A stretch of DNA of 64,000 nt from Nitrospirales bacterium (GTDB taxonomy: Bacteria; Nitrospirota; Nitrospiria; Nitrospirales; UBA8639), in assembly GCA_963555755.3 (NCBI GenBank), contig OY820905.2:3808001-3872000 (forward strand), given 5' to 3'. The notes under the pieces were generated by a model. That model was not told the origin of the DNA, did no database searches, and worked only from the letters and a program-made list of their open reading frames with translations. The first letter of the stretch is position 1, and each line of letters starts with the position of its first letter. A program made the position numbers and the translations under genes. Positions 53,301-63,552 of the stretch are shown piece by piece.

Positions 53301-56300
53301 GGCGGCCAACACCCTCCCTCGGCGTCTGACGGGACGGTCACGACGAACGAGGACACGGCCCGCACGTTCGCCGCGGCAGACTTCAATTTCTTGGACACCG
53401 ACCCCGGCGACACGCTCGAAAGCGTAGGATCATTACGCTTCCGGCTTCGGGCACGGGGACCCTGGCGCTCTCGGGCACGGCTGTGACTGCAAACCAGGTG
53501 GTTGCGGCGACAAACATAGGCACTCTACCTACACCCCGCCCGCCAACGCCAACGGGACGGGAGCTACGCGAGTTTCACCTTCAAGGTCAGCGATGGCACG
53601 GCCGAGAGCGCGGCGGCCTACACGATGACCATCACCGTGACGGCGGTGAACGACGCCCCGACGGTGGCGACACGATGACGGACCAGCCGGCGACCGTGGG
53701 GACGGCGTTCAGCTATGCGTTCCCGGCGGAACACGTTCAGCGACGCGGACACCGGCGACACGCTGACCTACACGGCGACGAAAGCCGACGGCGCGGCGCT
53801 GCCCACGTGGCTGGGCTTCGCCGCCGGCACGCGCACCTTCTCGGGCACGCCGCAGACGGCGGACGTGGGGACGGTGTCGGTGAAGGTGACCGCCAGCGAC
53901 GGCAACGCCGGCGGGTCGGTCAGCGGCGATTCGACATCACGGTGAGCGCGGCGGCCAACACCCTTGCGACGGGCGCGCCGACGATCACGGGCACGGCGCA
54001 GGTCGGGCAGACGCTGACGGCGGGCACCACCGGCATCATGGATGCCGACGGGCTGACCAGCGTCACCTACACGTACCAGTGGATCCGGGTGGCCACCGAC
54101 AACACCGAGACGAACATCTCCGGGGCGACGGCGAGCACCTACACGCTGGTGACGGCCGACCAGGGCACGACGATCAAGGTGACGGTGAGCTTCACCGACG
54201 ACGCCAGCAACGCCGAGACGCTGACCAGCGCGGCGACGGCGACCGTCACGGCGGCGGACAACACCCCCGCGACGGGCGCGCCGACGATCACGGGCACGGC
54301 GCAGGTCGGGCAGACGCTGACGGCGGCCACCACCGCCATCATGGATGACGACGGGCTGACCAGCGTCCGCTACACGTACCAGTGGATCCGGGTGGCCACC
54401 GACAACACCGAGACGGACATCTCCGAGGCGACGGCAAGCACCTACACGCTGGTGACGGCGGACCAGGGCATGACGATCAAGGTGAGGGTGAGCTTCACCG
54501 ACGACGCCAGCAACGCCGAGACGCTGACAGCGCGGCGACGACGGCCGTCACGGCGACGACCAACAACTTTGCGACGGGCGCGCCGACGATCACGGGCACG
54601 GCGCAGGTCGGGCAGACGCTGACGGCGGGCACCACCGCCATCATGGATGCCGACGGGCTGACCAGCGTCCGCTACACGTACCAGTGGATCCGGGTGGACG
54701 ACACCACCGAGACGAACATCTCCGGGGCGACGGCGAGCACCTACACGCTGGTGGCGGCGGACGAGGGCAAGACGATCAAGGTGACGGTGAGCTTCACCGA
54801 CGATGCCGGCTACGCCGAGACGCTGACCAGCGCGGCGACGGCGGCCGCGAGGGTGGTCATGGTCGCCCCGTCGACGCTTCGGGCGTGGACGTCGCGGTTC
54901 GGCCGGACCGTGGCGACCCACGTGACGGATGCGGTGGGCGAGCGGCTGCGCCAGTCGCCTGGGGAGGACTCCCAGGTGACGGTGGGCGGCTACCGGCTGC
55001 CGCTGGGGCGGCACGCCGCGGGCGGCGCCGACCCTGACGCCACGGAGCCGGAGACCACCACGGACCGGCTGGCCTCCCTGCTGACGGGGCTGGTGGGCCG
55101 GGTCTTGGGGCTGGCCGCACCGCAGGGCGGCGACCCGCGTGTGGACGAGCCGGACCCGCGCCTAGGGCAATCCCAACCCCTGCAACCCCCCACCATCCGC
55201 TTGCGCGACGTCTTGCTGGGCAGTTCCTTCCGGCTCGCCCTCGGGGATGACGACGCCGCACCCGGGGACCTGCGCCTGACGGCCTGGGGTCGGGTGGCCG
55301 GCACCCAATTCAGCGGCCGCGACGGGGCGTTGACCCTGGACGGGAACGTGCTCACGGGCACCGTGGGCGTGGATAGCGCGTGGGACCGCTGGCTGACCGG
55401 CGTGGCGGTCTCCCACAGCCTGGGGGGCGGCTCGTTCACCGGGGACAGGGCTGGCGACTTCGACAGCAGTACCCTGACGAGCCTCCATCCCTACCTGCGC
55501 TATGCGTTCAACGAGCGGGTGGACGTGTGGAGTGTGCTGGGCTACGGGTGGGGCGACATGACCTTGGAGCCGGGGACCGGCGGCACCCTGGAGACGGACA
55601 CGACGCTGCTGATGGGGGCCTTCGGCGGCCGGGGCATCCTGCTCTCGGCGCCGGACAACGCGGGCTTCCAACTGGCCACGCGCACGGACGCCATGCTCAC
55701 GCGCATGACGTCGGGGGCCGTCGCGGGCCTCGCCGCGACGGACGCGGAGGCGCACCGGCTGCGGCTGGTCCTGGAAGGCACCCGTGAAGTCACGTGGCCG
55801 GAAGGCCAGCGCGTGACCCCGACCGTGGAGTTGGGCGTCCGGCATGACTGGGGCGACGCCGAGACCGGGTTCGGCCTCGAACTGGGCGGCCGGGTGCAGT
55901 ATGCGGACCCCGGCCATGGCCTGACCATTGAAGTGGCGGTGCGGGGCCTGCTCGCCCACGAAGACAGCGACTATAAGGAATGGGGCGCCTCGGGCACGAT
56001 TCGGATCGATCCCGGCCCCACGGGCCAGGGCCTCTCCCTGACGCTCGCCCCAACCTGGGGCGCCGCGTCGAGCGGGATAGAAAGCCTCTGGGCCCGGCAG
56101 ACCACCGCGGGCCTGGCTCCCCAAGGCACCCGGTCGGCCCCAACCGGCCGTCTGAACGCCGAAGTCAGCTATGGTGTCGCCGCGCCCTTCGGCACCGGCC
56201 TCCTGACCCCCTATGTGGGCACGGTGCTTACGGATGGCGCCGCCCGGACCTACCGGGTGGGCACGCGGCTGGAACTGACCGGGGGCTGGACCACGGGCGT

Positions 56301-56391
56301 GACGCTGAGCCTGGAAGGGCAGCGGCAGGAGCCGGTCGGCCCACAGCCAATCTACCAAGGCCTGCAATTCCAAGCCGCCTGGGGGTTCTGA
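50332..56391 (+). pseudogene. Large repetitive adhesin/autotransporter-like gene, multiply frameshifted as assembled
   Basis: Signal peptide (..HPSPAAAQ). Ig-like [19 protein letters not shown] x6, cadherin-like [17 protein letters not shown] x3 and He_PIG-like [15 protein letters not shown] x3. C-terminal barrel ends in ...AAWGF. Confidence 0.8.
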
Positions 56392-56437
56392 GCGTTCCCC
56401 TCGCCCCGGCGGCTATAATGTCACCAATTCCTTAAGG

Positions 56438-56967
56438 AGAAGTGGCTTCGCATATTGAGACAGTCCGATAAGTGGTAGTCTTGCTCAACCCATGCCGTGG
56501 GGAACACGACCAATAAAGGAGCAAGTACATAAGAAGGACGAGAAGAAATCACGCAGCGGGCTTCAAGGCCAAGGTGGCGGTGGCGGCCATCAAGGGGGAC
56601 AAAACGCTGGCGGAGCTGGCTGAACATTTTGACGTACATCCGAATCAGATTTCGGAGTGGAAACAGCAATTACTGGAGTCTGTGGCCGAGGTGTTTGGCG
56701 GGACACGCCACGCCAAGGCAGAACCAGACTTGAGGGTCTTACACGCTAAGATCGGGCAACTGACACTGGAAAATGATTTTTTAGAAGGGGCGCTCACCAA
56801 GGCGGGATTGTTGAGCGCAAGACGATGATCGACCGAACCCACAAACTGCCCGTTGTTCGACAATGCCAAATCTTGGCGCTGTCTCATTCCACGGCCTACT
56901 ATCAGCCTCAGCCGGTTTCCGAAATGGACCTGGCGCTCATGCGCCGAATTGACACGTTACACCTGGA
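56438..56967 (+). mobile_element. IS3-family remnant (orfA plus start of orfB)
   Basis: FKAKVA..AIKGDKTLAELA..FDVHPNQI..WK...LHAKIGQLTLENDFL, then RQCQIL...S.AYY, truncated. Confidence 0.85.
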
Positions 56968-57541
56968 ATGGGGTCAGGAATGGGGTCAGGCATGAGTATG
57001 GAGTTTTATTGTGGCCCGTCCCTACCCTCCAGTGAAGAGCGTGTGCCAATGGAACACCGACAATTTGGTCAGGACCGGCACGCATCACCAATTGAGTGCG
57101 TTCACCAGGTACGCGTGGGAGCCATTCTCGGAAGGGGATGTGGAATAAGGTGGAACCGGATCATACAGAATATATGGTTCTAGCCTACCGCCATCCAATT
57201 CTGGCCACATGGAGTTTCTTGGCCATGGCGTTGCTTCCTGTGAGCGTTCTTGCTTGTGTCGCTGCACAATCTTATCGTGCCCTCTTCCCACGGACCAAGG
57301 GGCTATGACGCCAGGAAGAGGCAGCATGAGATGCTGCAGCGACCTAACAAGACGACGCAATTCGCTCAAAAGGAGAGGCGCCATAACCCACGAGGAGTGC
57401 CATACATTTATGTGCACCTGATCGTATTGTGCTGCCAGAACCCTACATTCTGCATGATCCCAAAAACCTCACCTTAACAATCCCCCCTTATTTATCCAAC
57501 AGGTGCTGAAACGAAACAATTGGGGCAAATTCTTTCATGGT

Positions 57542-57622
57542 ACATAACGCCAGTCGTAACCGGCGCATTTGTAGTGAGCGCAGTGGGCGAAAAATGCGTC
57601 CGAGTTTACGGCCTTGTTAGAT
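57542..57622 (-). other. Integron attC site
   Basis: Minus strand ATCTAAC-AAGGCCGTAAACTCGGACGC...GCGCCGGTTACGACTGGC-GTTATGT: RYYYAAC/GTTRRRY-like ends and an imperfect palindrome, 10 bp downstream of a stop codon. Confidence 0.8.
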
Positions 57623-57632
57623 GCAGCCAGTT

Positions 57633-57938
57633 TTATAGAAACGATTGACCGCAGGATGGACACGATCTTGGATTTATTGATCGCCCAAGGGCTTCACCAC
57701 ATGAAGGACACCTCCAATTTTTGGAGGTTAGAAATATAACAGGGAGAATAAATAGGATGGAAAATACTATCGTTACAGCATATCCAATTGGTGTAGGGGT
57801 TAATCCCACATCCTCCTTAATTTGTATCCCTGACAAATTGACGAAGCTACAAAGAACCACAAACCATATTAGCCCGAAAATTGTGATCAGCCATTGTCTT
57901 TTCTTCCTTGTTTTGAACTCTTGTAAAAGGGGATTCAT
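57633..57938 (-). CDS. Gene-cassette membrane protein with a C-terminal Zn ribbon
   Basis: Two TM segments, CPSC...CPSC, AT-rich, followed by attC. Confidence 0.75.
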   Translation of the reverse strand: MNPLLQEFKTRKKRQWLITIFGLIWFVVLCSFVNLSGIQIKEDVGLTPTPIGYAVTIVFSILFILPVIFLTSKNWRCPSCGEALGRSINPRSCPSCGQSFL

Positions 57939-57999
57939 CTTTCGATCACTTTTTCATTGTCTGTAACACTTCTCTTAGGGAACTGTTACAGGGTTTAAT

Positions 58000-58364
58000 G
58001 AACAGTCCCAATCCTCGCTTCCTCCTGCTCTAAATCAATCGCTTCCCCGACTCGATCAAGAACCTCTCTTGCTTGACTGGAAGATAGCCCGGCTTCAAGG
58101 ATCAACTCCAATATCTTTTCAACTAAGACGTTCCCAAACCTGCTTTGGATGTTGCTTGGAATTCTCAGGAATGTCTTCCAATTCTAAAGGAGTCCTCGCT
58201 TTCGGATTCTTCTGCCGTCACTCACGTATAGCATCCAGAATATCCTGCTTCTTCATCACACCTTTCTTCTCCAACACTTCAATCAATGCGGCCACTTCCC
58301 ACATGTTGGAAATGGTGAGTTCTTCAAGGGTGACGATTTCTTTGGGGTCGAGGGGTTGAGCTAT
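58000..58364 (-). pseudogene. Degenerate hypothetical protein
   Basis: Manual reading gives AQPLDPKEIVTLEELTISNMWEVAALIEVLEKKG...RE*RQKNP, with an ATA start, an internal stop and an apparent frameshift. Confidence 0.5.
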
Positions 58365-58816
58365 AATGGAGGAAGGATACTGTATTTAGGTGTGCTGGCA
58401 AAAGAAAAAGCCCCACCGCCGAAACGATGAGGCTCTCTGTTTGTGCAATGCTGTTATCGACTATTCGATTACGCTTGTGCTTTCCTCATTTGGCTCGCTT
58501 GCCTGAAGTCCTACGTGGAGAATTTCAACTAACTTTGGGCTTGACTCTTCGGTTTCTATTTCAGGACAGGAATAGAAAGCCTATGAAGTGCGACCACTAT
58601 GTCGCACCGAGAAGGCCTTCATTATTGTTAGGTTATTTTAGGAATTCCTTGTAATTTTGTAAGATGGTGCGACCAACTTTCCGCAGTTTTTTTGGTATTG
58701 CGAATGCTAAATATGCAAAATTCAAAGGAATTTTTAATCATCATTTTGGCACAGACCTTACTTTATCTTGGTTTAGAAGATTTTTTTAACAATAAATTCC
58801 CTAGGGAGGTATTACC

Positions 58817-59083
58817 ATGTCGTTTTCCATCATCAACCCAGAGAATCAGCCCGTCGTCGTCGTCGTGGTCTTCGTGCTCGCGTTACTGGCTCTAGGCCTC
58901 ACCGTCCACAACAACCAGCAAATCGAGCGGGTGGCTGCATTCTATGGTGTTGCCTCGGTTAAAACCTTCGAGACATTGCAAGATCAGGTTGGTGATACGT
59001 CGGCCAATTTCGCGACGCTCGAAGCACGGGTCGCCAGGCTGGAAAGTCAAGGCGTGACTGCGCCTGAAGTCGGAGTCAATTAA
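58817..59083 (+). CDS. Small hypothetical protein (TM plus coiled coil)
   Basis: SD GGAGGT, hydrophobic N-terminus, LEARVARLE. Confidence 0.65.
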   Translation: MSFSIINPENQPVVVVVVFVLALLALGLTVHNNQQIERVAAFYGVASVKTFETLQDQVGDTSANFATLEARVARLESQGVTAPEVGVN

Positions 59084-59279
59084 ACCCCTTAACCGGGGTC
59101 CATAGCGGTTCTGACCCACGACATTTTTCTAGTGAAGGAGGGGGTCGAGAAGAATGGGCTTCTACCCGAAAGAAAGATAATCATGGGGTAACCCGACTCA
59201 TTCACCATTCTCTTTGGATCATGCAGAATTTAGGGTTCTGGCAGCACAATACGATCAGGTGCAAATAAATTTGGCATTG

Positions 59280-59977
59280 TTAATTTAAGATATATCCCAG
59301 TTCGCCGTTCCATTTAGCCATCAAGAGCATGACGGAATGCCTCAGCATGGCTTCGCTTTTGCTGTAGCATTTCGTTTTCCGCCGGAAGCGGGCCAGAAAG
59401 TGGCGGAATAAGCTAGTGTAGCCTTCGACCGTGAAGGTTTCCGCTTTCGACTGACGGTGTTTCTCCGGGGGCACAAAGTGCTCATACGGTTCCCAATAGT
59501 CCGTCATGACTTGGGTAATCAGCGGACTTTTAATCGCGGCCCACAATTGCTTCCCAGTCACGATCCCTCGGGTGCCAGTGACAGCATGGAGAAAGCGTTT
59601 CCCAAGTCGATCAACAGCAAGCCAGACCCAGCAATAGTTTTTTTATGCCTCACGTAGCTATGCAGTTCATCGAGTTCGACGATCTGAGCGGCTGGCCGCT
59701 TGATCTGCTCCAGGTTTTCCCCGAAAGTTTTCACCCATTGATAGACCGCCACATGACTAAACCCCAAGATTCGACCAATGGATCGAAAGCCCAAACCTTC
59801 CAAGTACAGGGTCAACGCCAAGCGGCGCTGGGCTGGAGTCGCCGTATCGGATTTATGGGAAACGGTAAAAAAGTACTGACACGCTTTACACTTGTAGCGT
59901 TGGCGTCCTTTGTTGCATCCAGCTTTGACTTTGTCCGCACTGGCACACCGAGGGCAATTCAGCATCTTCGCCTCCAT
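59280..59977 (-). CDS. IS1 transposase InsA/InsB (frameshift fusion)
   Basis: CPRC..QRYKCKAC, YLEGLGFRSIGR, VELDE and an A7 slippery run near 59640. Downstream frame TDYW..Y...LARFRRKTKCYSKS. Confidence 0.85.
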
Positions 59978-60018
59978 GATAAAAGTTAGGAGGCGAGTTT
60001 AGTGTATATATCTTAATT

Positions 60019-61405
60019 GGGTCTACGCGGAAACGTGTGGGGTGATATTGGCATTTCGGGGTAGTGCTGGAAGAAATGCGGCAATGATTTTCAGCTTGAG
60101 ATATTCCTCATCCCGATAGCCATAGGCCCGCCGTTGGAGCACCCGGATTTTGGTATTGATCCCTTCGCCCAATCCAAGACTGACTTTGTGCTCTGGGCGA
60201 CAATAGGACACAATGCCCTCCCAGTGGGAGTCAATCAACGCCGCAAACTTTCGATACGGCTCCAAGCGTTGCCACCTCAGACTGTCCTGCTAGCGTTCGA
60301 AAAAGATCCGGGCACCCCGTTCGGTGCGGTAGTCCCAACGCTGGCCGAAGGTTTCCTTGAGGAGGTAGGCCGTATTCAGCCGCCGGTTAGCCTGCAGCAG
60401 TTTTTTCAACGCCCGCCTGCCATTCAGACTGAGGTTCTCGCGTCGTGAGAGTAAGGTATACCGCTGGCCCTTGATGTACCGCCTGTCTTGCCCACTGAGG
60501 CGCGCGTACTCCGAGCGCCGGACGGCATCGAGCGCCTGGGAGAGATGGCGCAGAATATGAAACTTGTCAAAAATGATGTGGGCCGTCGGGGCGTTGGTCA
60601 TGACCGAGTTCCGGAATGGCTTCCACATGTCCATTACCGCCAGTTCGATCCGGGCACTCTTGTTCGCGCCCAAGGCCTGGAAAAACAGATCGATGTCCGC
60701 TTCCTTGCGCCCTGCCCCACCCACCCAGATGGGCCGCGCCCGCTCCAGGTCACTGACGATCACCCGGTCATGATGGCCTTTGCGAATCGAAAGCTCGTCA
60801 ATGCCGATGGCTCGAGGCGCGGGCTGTCCCGTCAGGGCACCCTGCTTGTGCATGTAGAGTGTATCCAGATCTTTCACCGTGCTGTGGTGCAGCCGTTCGA
60901 GCTCGGCCACGGTTTTGTTCGGCATACTCTGGCACAGCCTGCCCACCTGTAGGGCAAAACGTTGCGTCTAGCGAGGATTCGTGGCCAGCCAGGCTAGGTG
61001 TTCTACATGCACCCCGTCACACCTTGGACAACGGACCCGCCAGCGTTCGAATTCCAGGTACAGGCGCCAGCCCGCAACCGAGAGGTCTCGGACTCGCAGG
61101 ACCTTCTTGTCGTACCGCCCTTGGCCCCGGGCCCCATAGTGCGAACAGATACCTGTTTTTTTCGCCGCTGGAGGTGGATCACCCGGGCATGCCGATCCCC
61201 AGATCCCCCCCCCTCAATTTCGATGAGGCGGTGAACCCAGGGAAGGAAAATAACTCGCGAATCGATTTGGGATTTTTCATGGCGTGAGTTTACCCGTAAA
61301 GTGAACCAATTTTCACCCCCCACCGAATCTCTCAATACCTACATGAATGCTATGGTTTTCACTTTGTGGAACGCAGGATTCCGCCACACGTTTCCGCGTA
61401 GACCC
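60019..61405 (-). mobile_element. ISL3-family element with a frameshifted transposase
   Basis: IRs GGGTCTACGCGGAAACGTGTGG and an 8-bp duplication TCTTAATT. Motifs IGIDE, MDMWKPF, FDKFH, EG.N.KI..L.RRAYG. Confidence 0.9.
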
Positions 61406-61562
61406 TCTTAATTTAACAATGCCAAAAATAAATACCGTGTTTGGTTGTTGTTTACACAAGAGTCAGTTGGTTGTTACCTTATCTTCTCTTGAGGAGACTC
61501 AATCCGCAATGCGCTAAAGTGAGTAGTGGAATATATGGAAACATAAATGCTATCATACCCCC

Positions 61563-61808
61563 ATGAAAAACCTAAGGAGTTACCGTGAAAAGTTGGGCTT
61601 CTCAGTCCGTGGCTTAGCAGGAGAAGCAGGGATTCACTATGTCTCGTTAGTGAGGTTAGAAAATGGGAAGTTTGATCCCCGTCTGTCTACACTACGGAAG
61701 CTCGCCAAAGCATTGGGGGTCACTGCGTGTGACCTAATTGATGATCAACCACCAACCAAAAGGAGGTCCCATGGGACTGACAAAACGAAAAGACGGTTGG
61801 TACGTTAA
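61563..61808 (+). CDS. XRE-family HTH regulator
   Basis: LRSYREKLGFS...LA..AGI....L.RLENG..DPRLSTL.KLAKALGV. Confidence 0.85.
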   Translation: MKNLRSYREKLGFSVRGLAGEAGIHYVSLVRLENGKFDPRLSTLRKLAKALGVTACDLIDDQPPTKRRSHGTDKTKRRLVR

Positions 61809-62902
61809 GTTTCCCGTCTTGGATTGATGGGAAGGTCTTAACATTGGCCAGAGGCACACCTGGATCGAAAATTAAACGGTGGAAAGTGAGGGCGAACAAC
61901 AAAACGGTCGCCAAACACAAGAGGCTATAATGAAGACGGATTTGATGAAAGGGGTGATAAAAAGTGATCGGGCATCGGGACCAGTTTCATTCAAAGCTTT
62001 GGCCGATGCGTATTTGTCACTTCCATCTATCAAAAAGCAACTTCATATGATAACAAAGTGACGGTAGGAAAGAACCATTGCCTTCCGTGTTTTGGTGGGA
62101 AACGGGTAACGATGATCACGCCCACCATGATTGAAATCTATCGGGAAAAGCGATGGGAAAAAGGGACTTGGTTTGGTACAACCCCCAAACCGGCAACGCT
62201 GAATAGAGAAAGATCCTTGCTCAAACACATGTTCGGTTATGCGATTCGGGAAGGATGGCTTCAGAAGAATCCGGTGAGTTACGTCAAACTAGAGAAGGAA
62301 AACAATGTGCGCGTGATCGGGTAGTAGACCCAGAGGAGTTTGAACGACTTCAAGCCCACTCAGCGCCACATCTTCAGGCCATTCACCTCATGGCGTATCA
62401 ACCCGGCATGCGGTCGGGAGAGCTTTTGGGTTTGACGTGGGACAGAGTGGGCATGAAAGCTGGATTGATTTGCTTGAGGCCGGAAGATACCAAAACCGAG
62501 GACGCGCGACTCGTTCCCCTGACGGCAGAGTTGACGCATCTTCTCAGGGACTTGTATAAATTGCGCTACCTTCTTAATGAAGATCATGTTTTCCTTTTGA
62601 AGGGACAGTGGGTGAATTCCATCAAGACAGCATTGAAAGCGGCATGCCGGCGGGCTAACGTAGAGAGTTTCCGGTTTCATGATTTTCGGCATGCGGCGGT
62701 CACGAACATGCGTCGAGCGAGGATTGATCATTTAACGATTATGCGAATCACTGGACACAAGACATTGGAAGTGTTTAAACGAAACAATAGCTTCCTGGAG
62801 GGTGATTTGAGGGAAGCAGCTTCCTGTTTTAACACCTATTTAACACTAGCCCATTCCAGCCAAAAGACCGACACGCCTAAGTCGTTGATAAATCAAGTAT
62901 AG
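61771..62902 (+). pseudogene. Tyrosine recombinase/integrase pseudogene
   Basis: Several frameshifted pieces; GMR.GELL.L.W, FRFHDFRH, ITGHKT. The expected catalytic Tyr reads Asn (FKRNN). Confidence 0.85.
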
Positions 62903-62977
62903 CGCCCGTAGCTCAATGGATAGAGCACTTGACTACGGATCAAGAGGTTACAGGTTCGACTCCTGTCGGGCGCGCCA
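62902..62977 (+). tRNA. tRNA-Arg(ACG)
   Basis: GCGCCCG...CGGGCGC-G-CCA, anticodon loop CT-ACG-GA. Confidence 0.95.
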
Positions 62978-63074
62978 TATGCCATTTTTAGAACCTTTTC
63001 GAACTTACACTAGGAGGTTGCCTCAACATTCCACCATCTTCCAACCATGACCTTCGTCGCCTAATTCTTCTTTA

Positions 63075-63215
63075 GGGCACCTCTAAAAACCGTCCTTTTC
63101 CGTGATGGCGGCGTCAGCCGCGTGCTCAAATCCTCATGTATTCGCCCATACACTCCGGTTTTCCGCGCGCAGCTTCCTTGCCCTCACAAAAAATGCCGGG
63201 TTTTTAGAGGTGCCC
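63075..63215. mobile_element. MITE family C (opposite orientation to 41471)
   Basis: Same TIRs with a 4-bp duplication TTTA. Confidence 0.88.
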
Positions 63216-63482
63216 TTTACTCTTTTCCCCAATACTGCCCGTTGCTCAATTTCTTGCCCTGCTGGTCTTCGGTGTATTCCCTGTCGGAAATTTTTCCACC
63301 TACCACAGGTCCTCCTTCAGCAGTCTTCCTGCCCGTTGTTGATCGATTCAGAGTGATGTTTCGTGTTTGCCCGTTACCCCTGTTGGATTTTTTTACATAA
63401 ACGGAAAATTGGGCAAGGGTTTAAATCGCCAGGAATAATAAAATTTCATTTCAAATCAGAAGGTTAGGACTTAGCAATTTTT

Positions 63483-63498
63483 TGGCACGGTAGTTGTA
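63483..63498 (+). promoter_or_regulatory. Possible sigma54 promoter
   Basis: TGGCACGGTAGTTGTA: -24 box perfect, -12 reads TTGT instead of TTGC. Confidence 0.45.
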
Positions 63499-63552
63499 AA
63501 GGATACAGGTGACAGCGAACAAAAGTTGGTTACCTAAACCCGGGAGGATGCC

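Larger units (their letters stand above)
57406..59270. mobile_element. Transposase-less unit bounded by 55-bp inverted repeats
   Basis: 57406-57460 and 59216-59270 are reverse complements with 2 mismatches. Confidence 0.7.
59271..61425 (-). mobile_element. IS1-family element with an ISL3 inserted in its end
   Basis: IRs TTGGCATTGTTAA/TTAACAATGCCAA and an 8-bp duplication AAATAAAT. Confidence 0.85.

Noticed and set aside
46735..56391. Duplicated barrel 3' end as a DGR template/variable pair
   Set aside because: The repeat is 827 bp, the differences include C/T and C/G and are mostly synonymous, and no reverse transcriptase is in the window.
56966..57400. AATGGGGTCAGG direct repeat and short ORFs after the IS3 remnant
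   Set aside because: Only two copies, no partner end and no recognisable protein, so it cannot be assigned.
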